From contig JBJLIA010000033.1 in assembly GCA_045564035.1 (NCBI GenBank), positions 10,682-74,681 of the forward strand: DNA of 64,000 nt. The letters run 5' to 3'. A program made the position numbers and the translations under genes. The DNA comes from Gammaproteobacteria bacterium. GTDB lineage: Bacteria; Pseudomonadota; Gammaproteobacteria; Magnimaribacterales; D2472. Every line of letters starts with the position of its first letter. Within the stretch, counting starts at the first letter, position 1. The notes beneath the pieces were generated by a model, which searched no databases, was not told the origin of the DNA, and worked only from the letters and a program-made list of their open reading frames with translations. This document shows positions 19,354-29,220 of this stretch, one piece after another.

Positions 19354-21441
19354 ATGAAAAGGATTTTAATTAATTGCTCATATTCTGATGAGCTACGTGT
19401 TGCATTAGTCGACGGAGCCAAGCTATTTGATTTAGATAATGAATTTAATGCGCAATCACTTCTAAAAGGAAGTATATTCAAAGCCACTGTTTCAAGAGTA
19501 GAAACAAGCTTAGATGCAGCATTTATTAATTTTGGTAGTGAAAGACATGGTTTCTTGCCTCTCAAAGAACTATCAAATGAATATTTTACTAAAGATGCAG
19601 ATGGTAAAAGAAAATGCATTCTCAAAGAAGGAGATGAAATCCTTATTCAAGTGCTTAAGGAAGAACGGGGAACTAAAGGTGCAGCCCTTTCGAATCAGAT
19701 ATCACTTGCAGGAAGATTTATAGTTTTAATTCCAAATTCTGAAAAATCAGGTGGTGTGTCAAGAAGAATATCAGGCGATGAAAGAGATGAAATTAAAAAT
19801 GCATTGAATGCATTGCAAATACCCGAGGGTATGAGTGTCATTGTGCGAACAGCTGGGCTAGGTAGATCTACTGAAGAATTAAAATGGGATTTAGATTATT
19901 TAATGAATCTCTGGAATCAAATCAAATCAACTGTCTCCGATGCGCCAAGTCCCAGCCTAATCTATAAAGATGATAAATTAATTTTAAGAGTTTTTAGGGA
20001 TTACTTTAGGGATGATATTGAAGAAATACTCATTGATGATGAAGCTATGCACGCAGAAGCACTAGATTTTGCTAAATCAGTAATACCAGATCATGCTGAT
20101 AAAGTTATTTATTACAACGAAGATATTTCTCTATTCAACAGATATCAAATAGAAAGCCAAATTGAATTAGCTTTTCAGAGAGAAATATCGTTGCCTTCTG
20201 GGGGATCAATTGTAATAGACCCTACCGAAGCAATGGTATCCATAGATGTAAATTCTGCACGATCCACAAAAGGTAAAGATATTGAATCAACAGCTTTTGC
20301 TACCAATATGGAGGCTGCCAAAGAAGTTGCTCGTCAGCTTAGACTGAGAGACCTGGGTGGCTTAATAGTGATTGACTTTATTGATATGCAAGATGAGAAG
20401 CATCAACAAAAAGTTGAAAATACTTTCAGATCAGCTGTTCAGTCTGATAGAGCCAGAATCCAGATTGCTGGAATTTCTAGATTTGGATTATTAGAATTAT
20501 CAAGGCAAAGATTGAGACCCTCTTTAGAAGAGACCTACGACATTCAACATGTTCAAGTTCGGGGTACTCGCTCTTTAGGGCAATCTATTTTAAGAATAAT
20601 TGGTGAGGATGCTGCAAAAGAAAATACTGGTGAAATTCATGTTTATGTTCCAGCTGATGTTTCTAGTTATCTATTAAACGAAAAAAGAAGGGATATTATT
20701 GCTATAGAGAATAACTATAAAGTGAATATTCTTATTATTGCTGATCCATATAAATCCAGGCCTTATTACAAGGTTGCAAGAGTAAAAGCAGTTGCTGGAA
20801 GAAAACCATTTTCATATGATATGACTCCAAATAGTCCAGAGCCATCTATGGACTGGCGAGATGTGAACTCAAATAAAAAATCTTTAAAACCATTAGTTCA
20901 AGTATCCGTTCCTCCTAGGATGCCAAAGAAAAAAAATAAAAATAGATTCTTTGCATTTATAAAATCTATTCTCACACTTTCTATCTTCTTAGGAATCTTT
21001 AAATCTAAAAAGAAAGTCAATACAAGAAACAAAAAAGGACGAAATTATAAAAAAGGGCAAACAAGATCCCATCAAAGAAATAGGAATGGAAAGAATCAAA
21101 ACAACAGATCTGCAAGACCTAACAATAAAACTAAAAATACCAAACCAAAAGCAGCTCAGCCTAAGAAAACCTCAAAGCCAGTTGTAATACCTCCTAAGAA
21201 ACCTGCACAGATAGATAACAAATCTGCTTCATCAAATAATGATAAAAAAATAATTGAAGAAAAAGATGGAAATAAATCAAATACAGAATCTTCATCATCA
21301 AAACCAGCTCCTAAGCCAGTACCGACGCCTGCTCCTAAGCCAGCGCCGACGCCTGTACCTGAGCCGGAACTAGCTCCTAAAGCTAATCCAGCTCCAAAAC
21401 CTACGAGAGCTTTAAATGATCCTCGATATAAAAACGAATAA
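19354..21441 (+). CDS. rne: Ribonuclease E (compact form, 695 aa)
   Basis: Start moved to ATG 19354 (GGAG at 19344..19347), giving MKRILINCSYSDELRVALVD. S1, DNase I-like and Zn-link catalytic half. Then a hydrophobic/amphipathic FFAFIKSILTLSIFLGIFKS segment, a Lys/Arg-rich region and a Pro-Ala-Lys repeat tail. Confidence 0.9.
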   Translation: MKRILINCSYSDELRVALVDGAKLFDLDNEFNAQSLLKGSIFKATVSRVETSLDAAFINFGSERHGFLPLKELSNEYFTKDADGKRKCILKEGDEILIQVLKEERGTKGAALSNQISLAGRFIVLIPNSEKSGGVSRRISGDERDEIKNALNALQIPEGMSVIVRTAGLGRSTEELKWDLDYLMNLWNQIKSTVSDAPSPSLIYKDDKLILRVFRDYFRDDIEEILIDDEAMHAEALDFAKSVIPDHADKVIYYNEDISLFNRYQIESQIELAFQREISLPSGGSIVIDPTEAMVSIDVNSARSTKGKDIESTAFATNMEAAKEVARQLRLRDLGGLIVIDFIDMQDEKHQQKVENTFRSAVQSDRARIQIAGISRFGLLELSRQRLRPSLEETYDIQHVQVRGTRSLGQSILRIIGEDAAKENTGEIHVYVPADVSSYLLNEKRRDIIAIENNYKVNILIIADPYKSRPYYKVARVKAVAGRKPFSYDMTPNSPEPSMDWRDVNSNKKSLKPLVQVSVPPRMPKKKNKNRFFAFIKSILTLSIFLGIFKSKKKVNTRNKKGRNYKKGQTRSHQRNRNGKNQNNRSARPNNKTKNTKPKAAQPKKTSKPVVIPPKKPAQIDNKSASSNNDKKIIEEKDGNKSNTESSSSKPAPKPVPTPAPKPAPTPVPEPELAPKANPAPKPTRALNDPRYKNE
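21307..21354 (+). repeat. Tandem 24-nt direct repeat (2 copies, 2 mismatches) inside the rne 3' region
   Basis: GCTCCTAAGCCAGTACCGACGCCT / GCTCCTAAGCCAGCGCCGACGCCT, encoding APKPVPTP/APKPAPTP. Locally much more GC-rich than the surroundings. Confidence 0.85.
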
Positions 21442-22231
21442 GTTGTCCGGATATTGATGCATCAGGTGGGATGATAGGCAGCTCTTTAATGTTAAACCAT
21501 CTTGCATCTTCTAGCTCATCATCATTCAAGATAATTTCGCCTGCTTTGTATTTGCAAAAGTAACCGAGCATTAATTGAGCTGGAAATGGCCAAGATTGAG
21601 ATGAGTAATATTTAATTTCTGATACTTCTACATTCACCTCCTCTTTCACTTCTCTTATTAAGGCTTCTTCAGCATTTTCACCAGCTTCAATAAACCCGGC
21701 AAGAGTACTATACATATTTTCTGGAAAGAATTTGCTTCTTCCGAGTAAGATTCTATCTTCATCATGAATCAAAGTAATGATACAGGGAGATATCGAAGGA
21801 TATGTTGGAGCTTTATTACAATCGCATTCAAAGGCACCCTCTTTTATATTAAATGAATTACGATTTCCACAGATGCTACAGAAATTATTACTAGCCACCC
21901 ATAATTTTAGTATTGATGCTCTCGATACTAATAAAAAGCTTGAATGATCAAGAAAACCTAGAATATTTCTTAAATCAACAAAATTAATTGATTTTTGATC
22001 CATAAATATGCCTAAAATATTTTCATCTTCGTCAATATTTACAGTATATATATAGCAATTATCGACGAGAGCTATTGCTAAAAATGGCCCCTTTTGATTA
22101 ATTAAATTTAAATCTTTTCTCTTAAATTTATAAGTATTTTCAGCTTGATCGTATAAAATCTTGTTATCGCAAAATATAATTAACTCAGAGTCTTCTTTTA
22201 TTGTTTCATGGAGTTCTCTTATTAATTTCAT
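21401..22231 (-). CDS. nudC: NAD+ diphosphatase / NADH pyrophosphatase (Nudix)
   Basis: Zinc-ribbon [11 protein letters not shown] plus Nudix box [23 protein letters not shown] and the SQSWPFP motif typical of NudC. Confidence 0.85.
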   Translation of the reverse strand: MKLIRELHETIKEDSELIIFCDNKILYDQAENTYKFKRKDLNLINQKGPFLAIALVDNCYIYTVNIDEDENILGIFMDQKSINFVDLRNILGFLDHSSFLLVSRASILKLWVASNNFCSICGNRNSFNIKEGAFECDCNKAPTYPSISPCIITLIHDEDRILLGRSKFFPENMYSTLAGFIEAGENAEEALIREVKEEVNVEVSEIKYYSSQSWPFPAQLMLGYFCKYKAGEIILNDDELEDARWFNIKELPIIPPDASISGQLIRFYIEDHLKLS

Positions 22232-22249
22232 AAGGATCAGGATTTAAAT

Positions 22250-23761
22250 ATGATAAATAACTTATACAAAATGTTTCTAGGTGATTCGCCTGACTGGTAC
22301 AAAAATACCATCATAGCGTTTTTAATCATTAATCCCATGACTTTATTAATTTTAAACACAATGGGTCTCAGTGGTAACTTTATTGTTGGTTGGATGATTT
22401 TATTAGAATTTATATTTACCCTTGCTCTTGCGCTCAAATGCTATCCCCTTCAACCGGGCGGTTTAATTGCAATCCAAGCATTATTTCTTGGACTAACCAA
22501 TTCTTACTCTCTACTCCATGAAATTGAGCATAATCTAGAGGTTATTTTGTTGCTAGTATTTATGGTTGCAGGTATTTATTTTATGAAAAATTTAATGCTT
22601 ACAATTTTTACAAAGTTACTTCTTACCATTGAATCAAAAGTTAAATTGTCTTTGATGTTTTGCTTTGTATCGGCTTTCCTATCTGCTTTCCTTGATGCAC
22701 TAACGGTGACTGCTGTTTTAATTGCTGTTGCCGTAGGTTTTTACAGAATTTTTCATTTAGCAAATTCAGGATTAGCATTCTCAACATCAGATCACGATTA
22801 TCAAAATGACAGTACTTTATCTGAAGCTGGTACTGAGGATCTAGAAAATTTTAAAGCCTTTCTTAGAGATTTGATTATGCATGGGGTTGTTGGAACAGCC
22901 TTAGGGGGTGTTTGCACAATTGTTGGCGAGCCTCAAAATCTTCTTATTGCAAATGTTGCAGGCTGGGAATTTATTGAATTCATGATAAAAATGGCGCCTA
23001 TAACAGTCCCGGTCTTTATCGCTGGAATGATTACCTGCTTTGCAATTGAGAAATTGCATCTTTGCGGTTTTGGCAATCAATTACCTCTTAGAGTTAAAGA
23101 TATGTTCCATGAATATAATACTTATGAGATATCTCAAAGAACTGATAAGAATAAATTAGAGCTTTATATTGAAATATTGGTGGGTATATTTTTAATGATA
23201 GCACTGGCTCTACACTTAGCAGCGGTTGGAATTATTGGCTTGGGCGTCATCATTCTTTTAACATCTCTTAAAGGTATTACCCATGAGCATGACCTTGGTG
23301 ATGCATTTAAAGAAGCTCTTCCCTTTACAGCATTGTTGGTAGTATTTTTTGGAGTGGTAAGCGTGATTGCTGATCAACAATTATTCACCCCAATCATTAC
23401 TTATGTGCTTGCCCAGGAACCTAGCAATCAAGCTCCGATTTTCTTTGTGGCCAATGGGGTTTTATCTGCAATTAGTGACAATGTATTTGTTGCAACTATT
23501 TACATCAATGAAATTAAAGATGCTTTAGATATGAATATTATTTCTAGAGATCAGTTTGACAAGCTTGCTATTGCGATTAATACTGGTACAAATATTCCTA
23601 GTATAGCCACGCCTAATGGTCAGGCAGCCTTTTTATTTCTCCTAACATCATCTTTAGCTCCTCTTATCAATCTTTCCTATATGAGAATGGTTGTTATGGC
23701 TTTGCCTTATACTATTGTGTTGAGCATTGTGGGATTTATATCAGTGGTAACTTTTTTATAA
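22250..23761 (+). CDS. nhaB: Na+/H+ antiporter NhaB
   Basis: [22 protein letters not shown]-terminus closely resembles E. coli NhaB. 503 aa and polytopic. Confidence 0.9.
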   Translation: MINNLYKMFLGDSPDWYKNTIIAFLIINPMTLLILNTMGLSGNFIVGWMILLEFIFTLALALKCYPLQPGGLIAIQALFLGLTNSYSLLHEIEHNLEVILLLVFMVAGIYFMKNLMLTIFTKLLLTIESKVKLSLMFCFVSAFLSAFLDALTVTAVLIAVAVGFYRIFHLANSGLAFSTSDHDYQNDSTLSEAGTEDLENFKAFLRDLIMHGVVGTALGGVCTIVGEPQNLLIANVAGWEFIEFMIKMAPITVPVFIAGMITCFAIEKLHLCGFGNQLPLRVKDMFHEYNTYEISQRTDKNKLELYIEILVGIFLMIALALHLAAVGIIGLGVIILLTSLKGITHEHDLGDAFKEALPFTALLVVFFGVVSVIADQQLFTPIITYVLAQEPSNQAPIFFVANGVLSAISDNVFVATIYINEIKDALDMNIISRDQFDKLAIAINTGTNIPSIATPNGQAAFLFLLTSSLAPLINLSYMRMVVMALPYTIVLSIVGFISVVTFL

Positions 23762-23765
23762 TTAC

Positions 23766-24728
23766 ATGCCATTAAGTCATAAGTTCTGCATTGCGCCCAT
23801 GATGCAATGCACGGATATACATGATCGTTTTTTATTTCGTCTTATAACAAAAAAAGCTTTTTTATATACAGAAATGGTTACTACTGGAGCAATAATTCAT
23901 GGCCGATGTCTTGAGCAATTAAACTTTAATAGTGACATTGAACATCCAGTTGCGGTTCAGCTAGGGGGTTCAGATCCAGCTGATCTTGCGGAATGCTCTA
24001 AAATATGTGCTTCTCTTGGATATGATGAGATTAATTTAAATATTGGATGTCCGTCTGAAAGAGTACAAAAAGGTTCTTTTGGAGCCAGTTTAATGCAGGA
24101 CCCAGAGTTAGTAAAAGATTGCATAGAAGCAATGCAAGAGGCTACATCAACACCAATTACAATAAAATGTAGGATAGGTGTTAATGATAGAGACGATAAA
24201 GATTTCTTGAATGAGTTTGTATCTCAAATCCAAAATCCAAATCTTAAAACAATCATAGTTCATGCAAGGGTAGCTATTTTAAAAGGTCTTACACCCAGAC
24301 AAAATAGACAAATCCCCCCGCTAAAATATGAAAATGTTTATCAACTCAAAAAAGAATTTCCTGATTTAGAAGTTGTGATCAATGGTGGAATTAATGATCT
24401 TGATGAATCATTGAAACATTTAGAAAAAGTGGACGGGGTGATGCTCGGCAGAAGTCCATACGATAATCCAATGATTGTAAGTAATGTTGATTCAATTATT
24501 TTTAATGAAACTGATCTTGGAAAAGATAGAAAATTAATATTAAGAGAATATTTACAATATTGCTTAATTCAAAATGATCTAGGTTATCCCTTTTCTAGAA
24601 CTCTAAAACATATCTTTGGTTTAAATCGTGGATTACAAAATGCCAAAGCTTACAGATCATTGATTCTAGAGACTATGCAAAAGAGTAATTTAGAGATGAC
24701 TAAAGAAGATTTAATAGCGTTGGTATAA
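23766..24728 (+). CDS. dusA: tRNA-dihydrouridine synthase A
   Basis: FCIAPMMQCTD, NLNIGCPS catalytic Cys and HARVAILKGLTPRQNRQIPPL motifs characteristic of DusA. Confidence 0.9.
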   Translation: MPLSHKFCIAPMMQCTDIHDRFLFRLITKKAFLYTEMVTTGAIIHGRCLEQLNFNSDIEHPVAVQLGGSDPADLAECSKICASLGYDEINLNIGCPSERVQKGSFGASLMQDPELVKDCIEAMQEATSTPITIKCRIGVNDRDDKDFLNEFVSQIQNPNLKTIIVHARVAILKGLTPRQNRQIPPLKYENVYQLKKEFPDLEVVINGGINDLDESLKHLEKVDGVMLGRSPYDNPMIVSNVDSIIFNETDLGKDRKLILREYLQYCLIQNDLGYPFSRTLKHIFGLNRGLQNAKAYRSLILETMQKSNLEMTKEDLIALV

Positions 24729-24731
24729 GCC

Positions 24732-25436
24732 TTAATCTAATAAGAAATCATCCATATCATCAACAAAATCGTCTGGTTGATCCTCTCCGTTGCTAGATTC
24801 AAATTCCTGATACTGCATATACGAGTCTCTAATAAATGAGTACCTGTCGCCAATAATTAAAGTTTCAACCTCTAGATATCTTGCTCGGGTCTCCAAAGCA
24901 TCAAGAGCTGTGATTCCAAGCCTTGCATCAGTTTCCTCGATCGCAAATGTTCCACTTAAAACTGAGCTCACGCTTCTACCGGCCAAGCCACGTGGAGTAG
25001 AGGGCCCATAAATAGGAATCATTAGGAAGGGACCAGAACTAACTCCCCATACACCTAATGTTTGACCAAAATCTTCATCATGTCTTTCGAGACCAAAACT
25101 TGATCCAACATCTATAAGGCCGCCAAAGCCTATAGTGCTATTAATTAAAAATCGAGAAAAATCATTTGCAGCAAGAAGAGGCTTGCCTTGCAATAATTGA
25201 TTGGCGGTATTATCAAGCTCATTTAAATTTCTAAAGAAATTTGACATAGCTATTTCAAAAAAATCAGGAGCAATGGATGTATATATTTCAGCAGTTGGTT
25301 TAGCAAAATTATCATCAAGAAATTCATTGAAAGCCCAAATTTTTCTGTTGTAATCTTCAAAAGGATCTTCAGCACCGTAAGATTGAAAGCTTATAAGAAT
25401 TGATAAATAAATTAAAATGTATTTATTGGATTTCAT
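24732..25436 (-). CDS. mlaA: MlaA/VacJ family outer-membrane lipid-asymmetry protein (signal peptide without lipobox Cys)
   Basis: DPFEDYNRKIWAFNEFLDD and FGQTLGVWG motifs of the VacJ family. The signal peptide ends QSYG-AEDP with no cysteine. Confidence 0.8.
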   Translation of the reverse strand: MKSNKYILIYLSILISFQSYGAEDPFEDYNRKIWAFNEFLDDNFAKPTAEIYTSIAPDFFEIAMSNFFRNLNELDNTANQLLQGKPLLAANDFSRFLINSTIGFGGLIDVGSSFGLERHDEDFGQTLGVWGVSSGPFLMIPIYGPSTPRGLAGRSVSSVLSGTFAIEETDARLGITALDALETRARYLEVETLIIGDRYSFIRDSYMQYQEFESSNGEDQPDDFVDDMDDFLLD

Positions 25437-26152
25437 AATGTTGCTTTGAGAATTTTATTATAAACGGACTCAAAATAAGATGATAATTTTTTTGGATTAA
25501 ACTCAGCTAACTCTTTTGTTCTGGGAATAGAGCCTAAAACTTTTAAACCAATCTTACTTTCAAGATCAATTGGATCAAACTCAAAGATTTGCTTATCAGA
25601 GTCTGGATGAATCGAGTAAGACATATTATCAATAACTCCAATCATCGGTATCTTAAGCTTATCAAACATTGCCTTTGATTTAATTGTATCTTGAACAGCT
25701 AATTTACTTTGAGATGTAACCAAAAGCACATTATTTGGTTTAATCTCCGATGCTACTGTTAAATATGCGTCGCCAGTGCCTGGGGGCATATCAATGAATA
25801 AATAATCTAAATCGCCCCACTGCGTTAAATCTTTAAGCTGCTTGATTGCACCACTAAGCATAGGCCCTCTCCACATTGCAGCCTTATCTTTATCGAGAAT
25901 AAATCCCATACTATTTAAGAAAATATTATTTACTTCGATGGGTATGAATGATTTGTGGCCATCAATAGTCTTTACCTCTGGCTTGGAGTTGAAGACATCA
26001 AAAAGAATATGTTGGTTAGGTCCATATATATCTGCATCAAGAATTCCAACTTTAAAGTCTTGTGAAAAATAAGAGGCCAAATTGGCACAAATAGTTGATT
26101 TTCCAACTCCGCCTTTTGCAGAAGCTACAGCAATTATTTGTTTGATGCCCAT
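25433..26152 (-). CDS. Mrp/ApbC/NBP35-family P-loop ATPase, short form lacking the CXXC cluster-ligand motif
   Basis: Deviant Walker A ASAKGGVGKST and DMPPGTGD. Divergent from metG, as mrp is in E. coli. Only one Cys in the whole protein; the region equivalent to NMS..C..C reads NMSYSIHPDSDKQ. Confidence 0.8.
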   Translation of the reverse strand: MGIKQIIAVASAKGGVGKSTICANLASYFSQDFKVGILDADIYGPNQHILFDVFNSKPEVKTIDGHKSFIPIEVNNIFLNSMGFILDKDKAAMWRGPMLSGAIKQLKDLTQWGDLDYLFIDMPPGTGDAYLTVASEIKPNNVLLVTSQSKLAVQDTIKSKAMFDKLKIPMIGVIDNMSYSIHPDSDKQIFEFDPIDLESKIGLKVLGSIPRTKELAEFNPKKLSSYFESVYNKILKATL

Positions 26153-26207
26153 TGATATAATGTTTTGACTTATAATACTTGATTAGTAGTTAAATTGGGT
26201 CTCTCAA

Positions 26208-28175
26208 ATTAATAAATCAAGAAAAATAATCGTAACCAATGCCCTTCCATATGCAAATGGCGATATCCATGTTGGACATATTTTAGAGCACATTCAGACA
26301 GATATTTGGTCGCGTTTTATGAGGCTGACTAATTATGAAGTTTTAACATTTTGTGCTGATGATGCTCATGGTGCTCCAATAATGATGAAAGCAGATGAAC
26401 TGGGCATCGAGCCAACTGCATTCATAGATGAGATAAATAAAAGTCATCAAATATCATTGGCTAAATTTGGCATTGAGTATACTAATTATTACTCAACTCA
26501 CTCTAATGAAAATGAAGCCTTGGTTTCAGAAATCTATCTTGATGCAAAATCATCAGGATATATTTATAAAAAAGAAATAGAACAATGTTTTGATGAAGAA
26601 AAACAAATGTTCCTTGCGGATAGATATGTTATTGGAGATTGCCCTAAATGTTTTGCAAAGAATCAGTATGGAGATGGATGTGAGGAATGCGGTGCAACCT
26701 ACTCTGCTACAGATTTAATCAATCCAAAATCATCTTTATCTAACACTTCACCAATTACAAAAATTTCTGAACATATATTTTTTGATCTAGAAAAAGCAAA
26801 AGAAAGTCTTGTAAATTTTCTTAAAAAATCGTCAATACAAAAACCAATAGTTGGAAAGCTATCAGAGTGGCTTGATGGTGATTTAAAAAGCTGGGATATA
26901 TCAAGGGATGCGCCATACTTTGGATTTAAAGTTCCTGGTGAAACGGATAAATATTTTTATGTTTGGGTTGATGCTCCAATTGGATATATGGCATCAGCTT
27001 CAAATTGGGCTAAAAACAATAATCAATCACTTGAAAATTTATGGGGCAAAAATTCAAAATACGAAATACATCATTTTATTGGCAAAGATATTACATATTT
27101 TCATGGATTGTTCTGGCCAGCTCTATTGATGGAATCAAAATATAAACTTCCCGATAGTATACATGTGCATGGTTTTGTAACTGTTAATGGTGAAAAGATG
27201 TCTAAGTCAAAGGGCACATTTATTACAGCTGACCAATTTGCAGATGTATGTGATCCAGAGTTATTAAGATACTATTTTGCAAGTAAATTAAACTCTAAAA
27301 TTGAAGACCTAGATCTTAATCTTGAAGACTTAGCTCAAAAGATAAACTCAGATTTAGTTGGAAAGTTTTCAAATATCTTCAGCCGCTCTGCACCATTTAT
27401 ATCAAAAAATAAAAACTACTTAAGCAAAGAAATTCATCAGGAGCATTTATCACATTGCAATAAAAATATTGAAAAGATATTACAGCATTATGAAGATAAA
27501 GAATTCTCTAAAGCAGTCAAATTAATTATGGAGATTGCTGACGATACAAATAAATTTATTAATGAGCATGCTCCTTGGAAGCTTGATCAAGCTGAGGCCG
27601 TTATCGTTGCTACAACTGCAATTAATGTTTTTAAAAACCTATGCATCTTGCTTTCGCCAGTAACACCAGAGCTTTGTAAGCAAATGTTATTGATGTTAAA
27701 TATTGATAAGTGCAGCATTGATGTCCTGGGAACTCAATTAATTGATAATGAGATAAATGAATTTAAACCTATTCTATCAAGGCTTAACCAATTAAATATT
27801 CAAGATTTTTATAAAAAGGAAGAAAATATGCACGAAGAAGATAACAATACCATTCAAATAGATGACTTTATGAAAGTTGATCTAAGGGTTGCCAGAGTTG
27901 AAGATGCATCTCATGTTGAAGGTGCTGATAAATTGCTCGCTATAAAGCTAGACTTAGGAGACTTAGGCATAAAAAATGTATTTGCTGGAATTAAATCTGC
28001 ATACGAGCCTGCTCAACTAAAGGGAAAATTAGTCGTAATGGTTTATAACCTTGCTCCTAGAAAGATGAAATTTGGAATTTCTGAAGGTATGATCTTGGCT
28101 GCAAGCGATTCAGAAGGTGGGATCTTTGTATTGTCTCCTGATTCAGGGGCACAACCAGGACAAAAAATTAAATGA
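26208..28175 (+). CDS. metG: Methionyl-tRNA synthetase with C-terminal tRNA-binding (Trbp111/EMAPII-like) domain; start codon non-canonical (ATT 26208 proposed)
   Basis: The in-frame sequence upstream of the first ATG (26319) encodes [27 protein letters not shown], including the class I HIGH motif (HVGH). KMSKS is present. The Zn knuckle CPKC..CEEC is present. Confidence 0.9.
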   Translation: MNKSRKIIVTNALPYANGDIHVGHILEHIQTDIWSRFMRLTNYEVLTFCADDAHGAPIMMKADELGIEPTAFIDEINKSHQISLAKFGIEYTNYYSTHSNENEALVSEIYLDAKSSGYIYKKEIEQCFDEEKQMFLADRYVIGDCPKCFAKNQYGDGCEECGATYSATDLINPKSSLSNTSPITKISEHIFFDLEKAKESLVNFLKKSSIQKPIVGKLSEWLDGDLKSWDISRDAPYFGFKVPGETDKYFYVWVDAPIGYMASASNWAKNNNQSLENLWGKNSKYEIHHFIGKDITYFHGLFWPALLMESKYKLPDSIHVHGFVTVNGEKMSKSKGTFITADQFADVCDPELLRYYFASKLNSKIEDLDLNLEDLAQKINSDLVGKFSNIFSRSAPFISKNKNYLSKEIHQEHLSHCNKNIEKILQHYEDKEFSKAVKLIMEIADDTNKFINEHAPWKLDQAEAVIVATTAINVFKNLCILLSPVTPELCKQMLLMLNIDKCSIDVLGTQLIDNEINEFKPILSRLNQLNIQDFYKKEENMHEEDNNTIQIDDFMKVDLRVARVEDASHVEGADKLLAIKLDLGDLGIKNVFAGIKSAYEPAQLKGKLVVMVYNLAPRKMKFGISEGMILAASDSEGGIFVLSPDSGAQPGQKIK

Positions 28176-29215
28176 AAATTGAAACAGATATACTAGTTAT
28201 CGGTGCTGGTCCAGTTGGGCTATTTACTGTATTTGAAGCAGGTTTATTAGGTCTTAAATGCGTCTTAATTGATAACTTAGACAAAGTTGGCGGGCAATGC
28301 TCAGAACTCTATCCGGAAAAACCAATTTATGATATTCCTGGTGTTCCATCTCAAACTGCTCAAGAGCATGTTGATGCATTAATGGAGCAGATTAAACCAT
28401 TTGAATATGATCTTCATCTTTCACAAAGAGTTGAATCAATTGAAATTCACTCGATATCAGATGAAATAACCACTTGGATTGTCAAAACTAATGATGGCGT
28501 TGAATGCAGAACTAAGAATATCTTTATTGCAGCAGGCGCTGGGTCATTTGAGCCTAGAAGACCGCCCAACATAGAAGATCCTGATAAATTTTTAGGCAAT
28601 GGCGTTAGTTATGCCGTTAAATCAAAAGATCTTTATAAGGACAAGAACTTATTTATTTTTGGTGGCGGTGACTCTGCTCTTGATTGGGCCGTGGAACTAG
28701 CAAAAACATCAAAATCATTAAACTTAATTCATCGTAGAGATCAATTTAGAGGCGCTCAACACACGGAAGCGCAAATGAGAGATTTAGTTAAAAGTGGAGA
28801 CATTAATTTGCTTACTCCCTTTCAAATTGAAGCAATTGAGGGAGATAAATCGGTTACAGGTGTAACATTAAAAAACTTTGATACCAAGGAATCTATTTCT
28901 CATGAAGCTGATGAACTTTTATTTTTATTTGGGCTAAATAAGAAGCTAGGTCCTATTCTTGAATGGGAGCTAGAATTAACCTCTAAAAAAATTGCTGTAA
29001 ATACAGAAGATTTTCAAACTAATAGAGATGGAATTTTTGCAGTTGGGGACATAAATGACTACCCAGGAAAACTAGATTTAATACTATGTGGTTTTCATGA
29101 AACAACGCTGGCGGTTCAGAAGGCTTTTCAAAGGATTTTTCCTGGAGAAAGAGTTCCTTTTGGTTATACAACCTCCAATACAAAACTTCAAAGGAAATTG
29201 GGAGTTACAGAATAG
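28172..29215 (+). CDS. Ferredoxin-NADP+ reductase, thioredoxin-reductase-like type
   Basis: [16 protein letters not shown] motif, [14 protein letters not shown] motif and no CxxC redox-active disulfide. ATGA overlap with the metG stop. Confidence 0.8.
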   Translation: MKIETDILVIGAGPVGLFTVFEAGLLGLKCVLIDNLDKVGGQCSELYPEKPIYDIPGVPSQTAQEHVDALMEQIKPFEYDLHLSQRVESIEIHSISDEITTWIVKTNDGVECRTKNIFIAAGAGSFEPRRPPNIEDPDKFLGNGVSYAVKSKDLYKDKNLFIFGGGDSALDWAVELAKTSKSLNLIHRRDQFRGAQHTEAQMRDLVKSGDINLLTPFQIEAIEGDKSVTGVTLKNFDTKESISHEADELLFLFGLNKKLGPILEWELELTSKKIAVNTEDFQTNRDGIFAVGDINDYPGKLDLILCGFHETTLAVQKAFQRIFPGERVPFGYTTSNTKLQRKLGVTE

Positions 29216-29220
29216 CCTAG

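Noticed and set aside
19242-19625. 127-aa minus-strand ORF across the rne leader and 5' coding region
   Set aside because: It is antisense to the conserved N-terminal S1 region of RNase E and its upstream part lies in the structured leader. No motif or RBS support.
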